Source: an uncultured Methanosarcinales archaeon (GTDB lineage: Archaea > Nanobdellota > Nanobdellia > Woesearchaeales > GW2011-AR9). Taken from it: a DNA stretch of 64,000 nucleotides. The stretch covers positions 78,583 through 142,582 of the forward strand of contig CAZEAB010000001.1 in the NCBI GenBank assembly GCA_964510085.1. The letters run 5' to 3'. The position numbers were made by a program, and so were the translations under genes. The number at the start of each line of letters is the position of its first letter. The first letter of the stretch is position 1. Below the pieces are notes generated by a model. It saw only the letters and a list, made by a program, of their open reading frames with translations, had not been told where the DNA came from and searched no databases. This document shows, piece after piece, positions 28,086 through 38,560 of this stretch.

Positions 28086-28295
28086 ATGGCAAAAAAGAGA
28101 TTTCTCTCGCATAACGCCATGGATAAAATGATCCGTGAGGCTGGTGGTGTACGCGTCTCTGATGACGCAAAATTAGCCCTTGCAACTCTTTTGGAAGATA
28201 AAGCGTTGCAGATTTCCATGGAAGCAAAAAAATTTGCAGAACATGCAGGAAGAAAAACAATTACAGAGAAGGATATTCTCTTAGCAAATAAGTAA
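28086..28295 (+). CDS. archaeal histone (HMf family)
   Basis: 69-aa histone fold (..MIREAGGVRVSDDAKLALATLLEDKALQISMEAKKFAEHAGRKTITEKDI..). Confidence 0.85.
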   Translation: MAKKRFLSHNAMDKMIREAGGVRVSDDAKLALATLLEDKALQISMEAKKFAEHAGRKTITEKDILLANK

Positions 28296-28306
28296 GGTGG
28301 TCAATC

Positions 28307-28705
28307 ATGAGTGAATATGATAAGAAAAACGTCAGTGTAGGTTCATTGAAGAAAGGAGACACAATCATCATCGATGGTGCTCCATGTAAGATTATTGATA
28401 CAGCAACATCACGGCCAGGAAAACATGGTCATGCAAAAGTAAATTTGATGGCTGTTGGTATCTTAGACGGTAAAAAACGAAACCTCATCATGCCAGGTCA
28501 TGATAAAGTTGAAGCGCCGATCATTGAAAAGAAAACTGCACAGATCTTATCAATTGCTGGAAAAATGGCAAGTATCATGGATATGGAAAGCTATGAAACG
28601 TTTGACATTGAAATCCCAGAAGAATTAAAAGATGAAGTGGCTGAAGGAAAAGAAGTCTTGTATTGGACCCTCATGGGAACAAAAATAATGAAGCAAGTCA
28701 AATAG
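28307..28705 (+). CDS. eif5a: translation initiation factor 5A
   Basis: Hypusination loop TSRPGKHGHAKV. Confidence 0.9.
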   Translation: MSEYDKKNVSVGSLKKGDTIIIDGAPCKIIDTATSRPGKHGHAKVNLMAVGILDGKKRNLIMPGHDKVEAPIIEKKTAQILSIAGKMASIMDMESYETFDIEIPEELKDEVAEGKEVLYWTLMGTKIMKQVK

Positions 28706-28772
28706 GAGTAACAAATGGCAAAACGGAAAAATTTGAAAATTTTTACGCCTCGCCATGAAGGAGGAATACGAA

Positions 28773-28937
28773 ATGGCGAAGTTCGAAGAAGCTGATAAAC
28801 GATTATTCAAGAACATCTTTATTTGTCGAAAGACAAAACGAAAGATTAGAGCTAACCCTCTTAAAGTACAAGCAGGGAAGATTACAGGAAGAGGAAAAGG
28901 GGCTACAAAAAAGCTTCGTCCTAAGCGAAAGAAATAA
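28773..28937 (+). CDS. rpl40e: ribosomal protein eL40-like (Cys-less variant)
   Basis: The start has an AGGAGG Shine-Dalgarno sequence 8 nt upstream. MAKFEEADKRLFKNIFICRK...KKLRPKRKK matches the eL40 framework (K.ICRK...LRPK) but has only one Cys. Confidence 0.55.
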   Translation: MAKFEEADKRLFKNIFICRKTKRKIRANPLKVQAGKITGRGKGATKKLRPKRKK

Positions 28938-28993
28938 AGTTAATTCGTTAGCTAAATAGAAACAGTTAAAAACCTCTTTCTTTTACTTTTTTT

Positions 28994-30154
28994 ATGTTAG
29001 ATTTTATATTACAATACAAAATAGTTATTTTATTCTATCTTGCAGTTATTGTTTTCCTTGTAGTAAAAAGAAAACGTGTTGACGTTCAGGGAAAAGTTAT
29101 TTTTCTATACCGTATGAAATTTGGATTAAAGTGGATGGATAAATATGCTAAGAAACATCGTGAATGGGTTATTTTATTAGGATATATTGCAGCAGGAACA
29201 GGGTTTATTGGAATGGCGTTCATATCATTTTATTTATTAAAAAATTTAATTCAATATTTTACAGCAGACCAAATTGTTTCCGGTGCATCACTTGTATATC
29301 CTGGAATGACCGTACCTGGATTAGGCGTTCTTCCATTCTGGGATTGGATTATTGCAATCTTTCTTATAGCAACTGTCCATGAATTTGCACATGGTATCGT
29401 AGCAAGAGCCCACAATATACCTGTAAAAAATACAGGTATTGTATTCTTTGGTCCAATCTTAGGAGCATTTGTAGAACCAGATGAAAATATGATGCGAAAA
29501 CAAAGTGACATCAAACAATATTCAGTTCTTGGAGCTGGAGCGTTTGCCAATGTAATCCTTGCAGGAGTTGCTCTATTACTTTTAGTGTCTGTGTTTAATC
29601 CTGTTGCAGCTAATATGGAAGACAATATAGGATTTAGTTTTGGAACGTTTATAGAAGGAGATTATCCTGCAGCAAAAAGTGGAATACAACCGGGGATGAT
29701 TATTACTGGAATTGATGAAGTTTCAACAAAAACATTTCAAGAGTTTCATACAGAGATACAACGTAAAGCGCCAGGAGAGACTATTACATTAAATACGCAA
29801 GAAAAAGATTATACATTGGTTTTAGCTTCTAACCCGAGCGATGAACGAAGTCCTTTCTTAGGTGTAAATGAAATTAAAAACGAAGTTGTTCCTACAAGTA
29901 ATACATTTTGGTATAGGCTTACAAAGAAATTAGGTGGGTTCATGTTATGGTTGTTCTTACTAAGTTTTGGAATTGGAATATTTAATCTATTACCTCTCCC
30001 AATAGTAGATGGTGGAAGAATGTCACAGGTATTCTTACAGAAATGGAAAGGAAATAAGAAAGGAAACTTTTGGTATGTGAAAGTAAGTATGTTCTTCTTG
30101 TTATTATTATTGTTGAACTTGGTGTACCCGTGGATTGCTAGAATAATTAGTTAA
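28994..30154 (+). CDS. site-2 protease (M50 family) with PDZ domain
   Basis: HEFAHGIVA zinc motif in a TM helix, central PDZ-like segment, C-terminal NLLPLPIVDGG motif. Confidence 0.8.
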   Translation: MLDFILQYKIVILFYLAVIVFLVVKRKRVDVQGKVIFLYRMKFGLKWMDKYAKKHREWVILLGYIAAGTGFIGMAFISFYLLKNLIQYFTADQIVSGASLVYPGMTVPGLGVLPFWDWIIAIFLIATVHEFAHGIVARAHNIPVKNTGIVFFGPILGAFVEPDENMMRKQSDIKQYSVLGAGAFANVILAGVALLLLVSVFNPVAANMEDNIGFSFGTFIEGDYPAAKSGIQPGMIITGIDEVSTKTFQEFHTEIQRKAPGETITLNTQEKDYTLVLASNPSDERSPFLGVNEIKNEVVPTSNTFWYRLTKKLGGFMLWLFLLSFGIGIFNLLPLPIVDGGRMSQVFLQKWKGNKKGNFWYVKVSMFFLLLLLLNLVYPWIARIIS

Positions 30155-30811
30155 GTCTTTTGTTTGTAATGGCACTTTATAACCATTTAAATCGTCACGA
30201 GAAAAAGGTCTGCTACATACATTAATCATCTCCATACCTGGATCTGGAATTACTAAATGTGCAACTCCTAACGGAACTTTTATTTGTTGACCTTCTTCAA
30301 CCCTATAAAATCCACATTCTTTTGTATTAGGATCTTCAAAATGAATCACAAATCCTTCTCTTGTTACATGAAAAACTTCATCAAACCCAGCATGATAATG
30401 GTGACCTAATTCAAGTCCTTCAACATCTGCAACTCTAAAATGTTTGACGGTACTTGTAATATCCACAATAGATCTCCTTGAGTCTGTATGTCCTGCCGGC
30501 TTATACACTTTTTCTTCTGGTTTTCCTGGATGGTTTACACGGATTACTTCAGATCCTGGTGAAAGCCTGTAGACATTTTCTTTTGAGAGATATGAAGAAA
30601 ATCCTGCAGGAACAACATATGTTGAGCCATTTATATCGGCTTCTACTTCTCCTCTAGTTACATGAATTATTTCTGGAATTGTGCCGCTAGAAAGAAGTAC
30701 AGGACCATCTAATGCCCGTACCAAATAAGTTCCACCTTCAATGTGAAATAATGCAGTACTATTAATACCAAATCTTTGTGGTGTTCTTACTAAATTATCT
30801 AATGAAGTCAT
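30107..30811 (-). CDS. hypothetical cupin-fold protein
   Basis: 234 aa. C-terminal half cupin-like (..GHHYHAGFDEVFHVTREGFVIHF..VPLGVAHLV). 48-nt convergent overlap with the S2P gene. Confidence 0.35.
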   Translation of the reverse strand: MTSLDNLVRTPQRFGINSTALFHIEGGTYLVRALDGPVLLSSGTIPEIIHVTRGEVEADINGSTYVVPAGFSSYLSKENVYRLSPGSEVIRVNHPGKPEEKVYKPAGHTDSRRSIVDITSTVKHFRVADVEGLELGHHYHAGFDEVFHVTREGFVIHFEDPNTKECGFYRVEEGQQIKVPLGVAHLVIPDPGMEMINVCSRPFSRDDLNGYKVPLQTKDLTNYSSNPRVHQVQQ

Positions 30812-30836
30812 ATTGCTTTCTTCAAAAGCTCTCTTT

Positions 30837-31958
30837 TTAAACTTTAAGAATCTTTAACACATCTCCTACCAAATAAAGAGAACCTGCGCATACTTTTAAT
30901 CCATCAAACTTCTCCAATTCTGCTAATGCTTCTTGAGAATCTTCTATAATAATGTGTTTATCTGAAATGTCTTTTGGCTCTACTGGTTTAAAGTTTCCTT
31001 TTGTAATAATAATCTTGTCAAACAAAGGTTCCATCATACTAAACATCTTTTTGTATTCCTTTCCTTGAGAGAATCCAACAAGAAGTGCTTTTTTTCCTTC
31101 TATTTTCTTAATGTACTCTACAAAATACGTCATTCCCTCTACATTATGTGCACCATCTACCACAAAATCTTCTCTTACCCATTGTAATCTTCCTGGCCAT
31201 GTAGCTTTTGTAAGTCCAATTGCAATAAATTCCTCTTCTATCATTAATAATCTGGCTACGTTAACTGCAATCCCTGCATTCTTCTTTTGATGTTCTCCTT
31301 CTAACCCCACATAAAGATTTGTTGGTTCAGAGATAGTATATTTACAACTTCTTTCTTTACAAATCTTTTCAATAACTTCGTTTGCTTCCCCAAGAACAAC
31401 TGGAACTCCTTCTTTGATAATTCCTGCTTTCTCTTTACTAATCCCTTCAATAGTATTCCCAAGAACGTTAACATGATCTAATCCAATGTTAGTAATTACA
31501 GCTATTTCTGGTGTAATTACGTTAGTTCCATCTAATCTTCCCCCTAAACCTACTTCAATGACTGCGTAATCAACTTTCTTACGTGCGAAGTGAAGAAACG
31601 CCATTGCTGTAGTAAATTCAAAGAACGTTGTTTCTATACTGTTCTTTTCGATTACTCCTCTAATCTCAGAAATAAGACTATCAACGTCCTCATCTGAAAT
31701 ATCACTTCCATTAATCTTAATACGTTCATTGAACGTAACTAAATGTGGACTTGTATTCATTCCTACTTTGTAACCAGCTTCTTGTAATATAGAATAAATG
31801 AATGCAGAAGTACTTCCTTTTCCATTCGTACCAGCTACATGTATTGATTTGAATGCATTTTGTGGATTTCCAAGAGCTTCACATAATTGATACATTCGCT
31901 CTAATCCAAGCTTACTTCCAAAGTTCTTCAGGCTGAGTAAATAGTCTAATTGATTCAT
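30837..31958 (-). CDS. folC: folylpolyglutamate synthase / dihydrofolate synthase
   Basis: Mur-ligase P-loop HVAGTNGKGST and the FolC pattern. Confidence 0.85.
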   Translation of the reverse strand: MNQLDYLLSLKNFGSKLGLERMYQLCEALGNPQNAFKSIHVAGTNGKGSTSAFIYSILQEAGYKVGMNTSPHLVTFNERIKINGSDISDEDVDSLISEIRGVIEKNSIETTFFEFTTAMAFLHFARKKVDYAVIEVGLGGRLDGTNVITPEIAVITNIGLDHVNVLGNTIEGISKEKAGIIKEGVPVVLGEANEVIEKICKERSCKYTISEPTNLYVGLEGEHQKKNAGIAVNVARLLMIEEEFIAIGLTKATWPGRLQWVREDFVVDGAHNVEGMTYFVEYIKKIEGKKALLVGFSQGKEYKKMFSMMEPLFDKIIITKGNFKPVEPKDISDKHIIIEDSQEALAELEKFDGLKVCAGSLYLVGDVLKILKV

Positions 31959-32044
31959 TTGTGGGTTATTAGCAGGATTCTATAAAAAGTCTATCACAAT
32001 AAAATATATAAATCCCCAAGGAACACAAAAAACGGGGTGTATTA

Positions 32045-32941
32045 ATGAAACAATATTTAGATCTATTACAACATATTCTTGATAATGGTACAAAAAAAGA
32101 AGATCGAACAGGGACAGGGACTATAGCCGTATTTGGTCATCAAATGCGTTTTGATCTTGCAAAAGGGTTTCCCCTATTAACTACAAAAAAAACATTCATG
32201 CGAGGCATTACTCATGAATTATTATGGTTCTTACAAGGAGAAACTAATGTAAAATATCTTGTCGATAATAACGTAAAAATTTGGAATGAATGGCCTTTTC
32301 AAAAATTTCTTGAAGAAAAAAATCTTACTGAAAAATATCCAAAATATTCTGAAGAATGGAAAGAACAACTAAAGAAATTTGTTGAAGAGATTAAAAACAA
32401 TTCTGAATTTGCTGCAAGATGGGGGAATCTAGGACCAGTATACGGGAGACAATGGAGAAATTTTGGTGGAGTAGACCAAATATCTCAAGTAATCGAACAA
32501 ATTAAAAACAAACCCCATAGCAGAAGACACATTGTCGTTGCGTGGAATCCTCCAGAAGTTGATAAAATGGCATTACCCCCTTGCCACTTATTATTTCAAT
32601 TTTATGTTAGCAATAACAAATTATCTTGTCAATTATATCAACGAAGTTGTGATGTGTTTTTAGGCGTACCATTTAATATCGCTTCATATGCTTTATTAAC
32701 AATGATGATTGCCCAAGTATGTGAACTTGAATTAGGCGATTTTGTATGGACTGGCGGAGATGTACATATTTATTCAAACCATTTGGACCAGGTTAAGGAA
32801 CAATTGAACAGAGAAACAAGAGAATTGCCAACAATGAAAATTAATCCCAATATAAAAAACATTTTTGACTTCAAAATAGAAGATTTTACCTTAGAAAATT
32901 ACGATCCTCATCCAAGAATTAAGGCGCCAATAGCGGTGTAA
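32045..32941 (+). CDS. thyA: thymidylate synthase (ThyA type)
   Basis: [26 protein letters not shown].. and active-site ..[12 protein letters not shown]... Confidence 0.95.
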   Translation: MKQYLDLLQHILDNGTKKEDRTGTGTIAVFGHQMRFDLAKGFPLLTTKKTFMRGITHELLWFLQGETNVKYLVDNNVKIWNEWPFQKFLEEKNLTEKYPKYSEEWKEQLKKFVEEIKNNSEFAARWGNLGPVYGRQWRNFGGVDQISQVIEQIKNKPHSRRHIVVAWNPPEVDKMALPPCHLLFQFYVSNNKLSCQLYQRSCDVFLGVPFNIASYALLTMMIAQVCELELGDFVWTGGDVHIYSNHLDQVKEQLNRETRELPTMKINPNIKNIFDFKIEDFTLENYDPHPRIKAPIAV

Positions 32942-32945
32942 AACC

Positions 32946-33443
32946 ATGATAGCAATAATCGTAGGAATGACACAAGAAAGAGTAATAGGTAAAGATAACA
33001 CTCTTCCTTGGCATATCCCTGAAGAATTAAAGAGTTTTAAGGAACTTACAAGTGAACAAGTTGTGATAATGGGAAGGAAAACATACGATTCTCTTCCACC
33101 AAAGTTCCGTCCACTTCCAAATCGAGTTAATATTGTCATAAGCCGTTCTATGCAACCACAAGAAGGCATAGATGTTTGCCATTCTATTCAAGAGTCTATA
33201 GACAAAGCAAAATCTTACAATAAAGACATCTTTATCATCGGCGGTTCTACTATATATAAAGAATTTCTTCCTATTGCAGATACTATGTTCATAAGTTATA
33301 TTAAGGGTAATTTTGAAGGAGACACATACTTCCCCGAGTTTAATAAAGAGGAATGGGATATTGCAGAAACAGTTGAATTTGACCAATTTACAAGAATTAA
33401 ATATGTAAGAAAAAAGTTGGAGCAACGCCCTGCTCATACATAA
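32946..33443 (+). CDS. folA: dihydrofolate reductase
   Basis: ..VIGKDNTLPWHIPEELKSFKELT...VIMGRKTYDS.. typical DHFR. Confidence 0.85.
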   Translation: MIAIIVGMTQERVIGKDNTLPWHIPEELKSFKELTSEQVVIMGRKTYDSLPPKFRPLPNRVNIVISRSMQPQEGIDVCHSIQESIDKAKSYNKDIFIIGGSTIYKEFLPIADTMFISYIKGNFEGDTYFPEFNKEEWDIAETVEFDQFTRIKYVRKKLEQRPAHT

Positions 33444-33448
33444 AAAAA

Positions 33449-34783
33449 ATGATACAAGACCCACAAGTTGCTGAAATCATTGCACGAGAAGAACAAAAAC
33501 AACAAGATAAGCTATCTATGATTCCATCTGAAAATCTTTTCTCACCCAGCGTGAGAGCTGCTGTTGGTTCTGTAATGATGCACAAGTATTCTGAGGGTAA
33601 TATTAAACGACGATATTACGAAGGAAATGAATTTATTGATCAAATGGAATTACTTGCAATTGAACGAGCAAAGAAGGCTTTCTCTTTACCAGAAGATTGG
33701 AATGTAAATGTACAGGCTCTTGCTGGAAGTAATGCAAACCTTGCTGTATATTTAGCTTTATTAGAAATGGGAGATACCATGATGGGCCTCTATCTTCCCG
33801 ATGGTGGACATCTTTCACATGGATGGAGTTATGATCCGAATGTAACACCAGATCCAAATAATCCATTATATTTAGGAGGAGATAGAAAAGTAAATATTAC
33901 ATCGAGAATATTTAAAACCGTTCAATACAAAACTGATCCAAATACACAACTTCTAAATTATGATGAAATAGAAAAAATTGCGGTAGAATATAAACCAAAA
34001 TTGATTATTACCGGCGGTACTGCATATCCACGAGATATTGATTATACAAAAATGAAACAAATTGCAAAGAAAGTTGGTGCGTTATACCTAGCAGATATTG
34101 CACATGAAGCTGGATTAATCTCTGCTGGCGTTTTGAATTCACCTGTTGGTATTGCGGATGTAGTTACATTAACAACACATAAAACTCTTAAGAGTGGAAG
34201 AGGTTCTCTAATACTAGCACATAAAGATCTCATTAAAAAAATTAACCGTGCAATTCTACCAGGGTTACAAGGTGGTCCATTTAACAATAACATTGCTGGA
34301 ATTGCAACTGGTTTAGGAGAAGCTCTTCAACCAGAGTTTAAAGAATATGCTGCTCAAGTAATTAAGAATGCGCATTTTCTTTGTGAGGAATTAACTAAAT
34401 ATAACTTCAAACTCGTTACAGGAGGAACGGATAAACACCTTATTCTAATAGATCTAACAAACAAACCCGTTCTTGGAAAAAAGTTTGCACGAGCGTTAAA
34501 TGAAGCAGGGATTATTGCAAATTATAATACTATGCCCCAGGAAACAAGATCTCCAGCAGATCCTTCCGCGTTACGATTAGGAACTCCGTGGATTACAACT
34601 AGAGGTATGAAAGAACCAGAAATGACAAAGATCGCATCTTGGATTAATCAAGTAATGTACATTTCTGCAAAGTATGCTTCTTTAGAATTTAAAATATTTA
34701 GAAATAAAATAAAAGCAGATCATGAAATCATGATGATTACGCAGGAAGTCAAAGAATTGTGTAAGAAGTTTCCTTGTAATTAA
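33449..34783 (+). CDS. glyA: serine hydroxymethyltransferase
   Basis: ..LSMIPSENLFSPSV.., PLP-lysine region TTHKTLKSGRG. Confidence 0.95.
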   Translation: MIQDPQVAEIIAREEQKQQDKLSMIPSENLFSPSVRAAVGSVMMHKYSEGNIKRRYYEGNEFIDQMELLAIERAKKAFSLPEDWNVNVQALAGSNANLAVYLALLEMGDTMMGLYLPDGGHLSHGWSYDPNVTPDPNNPLYLGGDRKVNITSRIFKTVQYKTDPNTQLLNYDEIEKIAVEYKPKLIITGGTAYPRDIDYTKMKQIAKKVGALYLADIAHEAGLISAGVLNSPVGIADVVTLTTHKTLKSGRGSLILAHKDLIKKINRAILPGLQGGPFNNNIAGIATGLGEALQPEFKEYAAQVIKNAHFLCEELTKYNFKLVTGGTDKHLILIDLTNKPVLGKKFARALNEAGIIANYNTMPQETRSPADPSALRLGTPWITTRGMKEPEMTKIASWINQVMYISAKYASLEFKIFRNKIKADHEIMMITQEVKELCKKFPCN

Positions 34784-34785
34784 TT

Positions 34786-35709
34786 TTACTCCTTCTCAGC
34801 CAAATACTTCTCTGCTTCCATTGCAGCCATACATCCACTTCCAGCAGCAGTTATTGCTTGTCTAAAACGAGTATCTTGTACATCTCCTGCTGCAAATACA
34901 CCCTCCATAGATGTATGCATGTTCTTATTTGCTTTCAAGTAGCCTTGTTCATCTAAATCTAAAACACTCTGTAAGAATTTTGTATTGGGAACATGTCCTA
35001 TTGCAAGAAACATTCCGTCTGTTTTAAAATCAGTAACCTCTTCTGTCTTCAAATTCTTTAATTTAACTCCTTCAACGGATTTATCCCCATATACTTCTTC
35101 TACTGTAGAGTTCCATATAAATTCAATCTTTGGATTATTCTTTGCTTTTTCTTGCATGAATTTTGATGCTCGTAATTCCTCTCTTCTGTGAATTATTGTT
35201 ACTTTAGTACAAAACTTTGTTAAGAATGTAGCTTCTTCCATAGCAGAATCTCCACCACCAATTACAATTACTTCTTTATCTTTAAAGAACGCACCATCAC
35301 AGGTAGCACACGTTGTAACACCTCTTCCTCGAAACTTTTCTTCTGAAGGTAATCCTAGCCACCTAGCAGATGCCCCCGTTGCAATTATAACAGTTTTTGC
35401 TTGAATTTTTTCTCCAGTCATTAAATCTAATTCGAAGCCACCCTCTACTTTCTGTAACCCTTGAGCAATGTCCATTTTAAACCGAGCACCAAATTTCTCT
35501 GCTTGCTTCTTCGCCATACTTACTAAATCTGGCCCTTGGACCCCATCTGGGAATCCTGGAAAATTTTCTACATCTGTTGTTAACGTTAATTGTCCGCCGT
35601 CCTGCTCTCCCGCTATAAGAAGAGGAGATAAATTTGCTCTTGCTGTATAAATCGCTGCAGTTGCTCCTGCAATTCCTGTACCTAATATTACTACACTCTC
35701 CATTGTCAT
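34786..35709 (-). CDS. trxB: thioredoxin-disulfide reductase
   Basis: FAD motif GTGIAGATAA, redox CATCDG, NADPH motif GGGDSAMEEA. Confidence 0.9.
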   Translation of the reverse strand: MTMESVVILGTGIAGATAAIYTARANLSPLLIAGEQDGGQLTLTTDVENFPGFPDGVQGPDLVSMAKKQAEKFGARFKMDIAQGLQKVEGGFELDLMTGEKIQAKTVIIATGASARWLGLPSEEKFRGRGVTTCATCDGAFFKDKEVIVIGGGDSAMEEATFLTKFCTKVTIIHRREELRASKFMQEKAKNNPKIEFIWNSTVEEVYGDKSVEGVKLKNLKTEEVTDFKTDGMFLAIGHVPNTKFLQSVLDLDEQGYLKANKNMHTSMEGVFAAGDVQDTRFRQAITAAGSGCMAAMEAEKYLAEKE

Positions 35710-37121
35710 TCCCCCATAAAATAATAACTTAATACTCTAACACCCGCGCCGGATGGTCCTTTTGACAAGTAATCACCTGCAACCCCCATTCTTGCTGAAC
35801 CAGCTATATCTAAGTGTACCCAGTTGGTTTTTTCTGTATCAACAAATTTACTTAAGAACACTCCCGCAGTTACTGAACCTGCTTCCCATCCTGCTCCTTT
35901 TTGACCAATGTTATTCAAATCGGAAATTGTTCCATCCATCCAATCTTGATACTCTTCAAAGAAAGGTAACTTCCAGACCTTATCACCGCTAGACATTCCC
36001 GCCTTAAATAATAAATCCTGTAAATCATTATCTTTTCCTACCATTCCACTTGCATAATATCCTAATGCAACTACAACTGCACCAGTAAGAGTAGCAAGGT
36101 CTACCATAACTTCTGGCTTATATCTTTCTTGAGTATATGCTAGTGCATCTGCTAAAACCAACCTTCCTTCTGCATCTGTATTACCTATCTCTATTGTTTT
36201 TCCGTTGTATGCTTTAACAATATCTCCAGGACGTTGTGCTTTTGCATCAACCATATTCTCACACACAGCAAGAACACCTACAACATTTCTCTTAATGCCA
36301 AGAGCAGCAATTGATTTCATAGTCCCAAGAACTGCTCCAGCGCCACCCATATCTGTTTTCATGGTTTCAATATATTTTGTTGGTTTAATGTTATACCCAC
36401 CACTATCGAATGTAATACCCTTTCCACATAATGCAGTCCATTTTCCCTTGCCACTTTTGTATTCAATAAGAATTAATTTAGGAGGATTTTCACTTCCTGC
36501 ATTCACTCCAAGTAATGCACCCATTCCTAATCTTTTTAATTCTGGTTTTTGTAACACTTTCACGTGTAATTTAGAACTTGTTGCCGCAATATTTCTCGCC
36601 GCTTTTTCAAGCGTGTTAGAATTTAATACATTTGCTGGTTCGTTTACTAAATCACGCACAAAGTTTGTTGAATCTGCAATTATTCTTCCTTGTTTCAAAC
36701 CAGTAATAAACTCTTTCTCGCCTGCCCATACAATTTTAGCTTCTTTTATTTGCTTTTTCTTCTCTTTTCGTTCTTTTCCTAAATATTTATCAAAAGAATA
36801 TGAAGATAATAATAACCCTTCAGAAATTGCTCTTCCCAATAGTGTTGCATCTAAATGGCTAATTAAGTGAGGTATGTCTGTGCTAAATGAAGTCCACTTC
36901 TTTCGTTGTGTTGTCGCAATAACTTTCCCCATAAGCTTTCTTGCTTTATCATATGTGATCTCTTCTTTATCACCAAGACCTACTAAGATACATTCCTTAT
37001 CAACAAATATTTCTCCAAACTTACCTGTAAATCCAAAATCTTGTGCTACTTTAGAAACCTTCGCATCTTGAAAAACTCCCTGAAATTGTACTTCTCCTTT
37101 TTGTATAATATTTATTTTCAT
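35706..37121 (-). CDS. pepA: leucyl aminopeptidase (M17)
   Basis: NTDAEGRLVLADAL signature. Confidence 0.9.
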   Translation of the reverse strand: MKINIIQKGEVQFQGVFQDAKVSKVAQDFGFTGKFGEIFVDKECILVGLGDKEEITYDKARKLMGKVIATTQRKKWTSFSTDIPHLISHLDATLLGRAISEGLLLSSYSFDKYLGKERKEKKKQIKEAKIVWAGEKEFITGLKQGRIIADSTNFVRDLVNEPANVLNSNTLEKAARNIAATSSKLHVKVLQKPELKRLGMGALLGVNAGSENPPKLILIEYKSGKGKWTALCGKGITFDSGGYNIKPTKYIETMKTDMGGAGAVLGTMKSIAALGIKRNVVGVLAVCENMVDAKAQRPGDIVKAYNGKTIEIGNTDAEGRLVLADALAYTQERYKPEVMVDLATLTGAVVVALGYYASGMVGKDNDLQDLLFKAGMSSGDKVWKLPFFEEYQDWMDGTISDLNNIGQKGAGWEAGSVTAGVFLSKFVDTEKTNWVHLDIAGSARMGVAGDYLSKGPSGAGVRVLSYYFMGE

Positions 37122-37129
37122 TCTATCAC

Positions 37130-37810
37130 CTACGAATATCTCTCTGATTTTATTTTATCTGCAGGAACTCCTTTTGCTACCAATTTCTCTTTTGTTTCTA
37201 GAACAAGTTCTTTTAACCCACAAATGTAAAATGTTTTATTGTTTAGATCTTCTGGGAGATTATCTTGCACATGTCCTTGTAAACCCTCCCATTCTTCTCT
37301 ACTAAGAACTGGTTTGTACTCAAAGTTCTCATACTTCTCCGCTAAGGCAATGAATTCATCATTGTAACAAAGATTCTTTTGATTTCTGACCCCAAATAAC
37401 AACGTAAACTTTCTATTTGAAGTTGATAAGTGTTCCTTCAACATACTATAGAACGGAACTACTCCTGTTCCTGCAGACAACATCCATACATCTGTTTCGC
37501 CTTGTTCATACAGAAAATGTCCAAATGGACCTTTTACTTCTAATTCATCTCCCACAGAAAGAGAATTAAACACTTCGGAAGCATACCCTCCTTCAACAAT
37601 CTTAATACACAGGTCAATAATTCTTTTCTGAGATGGAGGATTTAAAATTGAGTAAGATCTTGGTTTCTTTTCTCCATCTTTTTCAATAAATAATGTAATA
37701 AATTGCCCTGCTTTGAAGGTAAATACATCTGGACAGGATAACGAAACTTGAACTACGCTTTCAGTAATTTGTTTCTTCTCTAATACATTTGATGTAAATG
37801 TGTGTATCAT
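37130..37810 (-). CDS. FAD/NAD(P)-binding oxidoreductase (ferredoxin-NADP reductase-like)
   Basis: RSYSI FAD-binding motif and GTGVVPF NAD-binding motif. Confidence 0.7.
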   Translation of the reverse strand: MIHTFTSNVLEKKQITESVVQVSLSCPDVFTFKAGQFITLFIEKDGEKKPRSYSILNPPSQKRIIDLCIKIVEGGYASEVFNSLSVGDELEVKGPFGHFLYEQGETDVWMLSAGTGVVPFYSMLKEHLSTSNRKFTLLFGVRNQKNLCYNDEFIALAEKYENFEYKPVLSREEWEGLQGHVQDNLPEDLNNKTFYICGLKELVLETKEKLVAKGVPADKIKSERYS

Positions 37811-37849
37811 AGTTTTTCCCCTATTTTCTTGTTTAAAAACATTATGCTA

Positions 37850-38203
37850 CTACCTTTTCCTCCATCGAGATAATAACCCTTTTTTCTTTGTAATCTCTTG
37901 AGGCCGAACAAATTTTTGCACTTTCTTCAACCCTCTTGGTTCAGCAGACCTTCCAAGAGAATAATATATCTTCTCAACATTCTCTCCCCACGAGTAATCT
38001 CCCTTCTCTACACGGATGTTATGAACTTCTAATTCATTCGTCCTCGTTCCTTTATGTAAATGATAGTAAATACTTCTTTGCGTTACTGGAGCAAAAATCT
38101 CATTATAAATTTTAGAAATTTGATATCCATATCCCTCTCCCAAGTAATGTAATATTTCTATAATATTTTGTCTAATAACGCTCTTGATTGGCCTTCCTCT
38201 CAT
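37850..38203 (-). CDS. winged-helix transcriptional regulator (PadR-like)
   Basis: ..IIEILHYLGEGYGYQISKIY...SIYYHLHKG.. wHTH pattern. Confidence 0.5.
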   Translation of the reverse strand: MRGRPIKSVIRQNIIEILHYLGEGYGYQISKIYNEIFAPVTQRSIYYHLHKGTRTNELEVHNIRVEKGDYSWGENVEKIYYSLGRSAEPRGLKKVQKFVRPQEITKKKGLLSRWRKR

Positions 38204-38257
38204 TTCAATATTGAAAATAAATAAAGATTTATATAAATTGTTCTCTTTTTATGAATA

Positions 38258-38560
38258 ATGGCACGAGCACCCATTCCAAAAAAAAAGCAAAAGGAAATAG
38301 CAAAAGAACAAATCAAAACGCTATTTGATAAAGCAGACGCTGTTTTTCCAGATACATTAGCAAATAGATATGTTACACTTGCTCGTAAGATAGCAATGAA
38401 AGTCAAATTGCGAATGCCTCGAGAACTTAAGAGAAAATATTGCAAACATTGTTATAAATATCTTCGAAGTGGTAAGAATGCCCGTATTCGTACACGAGAT
38501 GGTAAAGTTGTTATATCTTGTTTTGAATGCAAGAAGTTTACACGGATTCCTGTAAAATGA
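38258..38560 (+). CDS. rnp4: RNase P protein component 4 (Rpp21/Rpr2)
   Basis: ..RYVTLARKIAMK...CKHCYKYL....ISCFECKKF.. Rpr2 zinc ribbon. Confidence 0.8.
   Translation: MARAPIPKKKQKEIAKEQIKTLFDKADAVFPDTLANRYVTLARKIAMKVKLRMPRELKRKYCKHCYKYLRSGKNARIRTRDGKVVISCFECKKFTRIPVK

Noticed and set aside
30107-30154. 48-nt convergent overlap between the S2P protease and cupin genes, as a possible annotation error or antisense regulation
   Set aside because: Both frames are open to their natural ends, and the overlap only involves the non-conserved C-terminal tails. It is most simply compact genome packing.
38200-38445. 81-aa minus-strand ORF overlapping rnp4
   Set aside because: The Rpp21 zinc-ribbon protein on the plus strand is a confident call. 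The minus ORF has no recognisable features.
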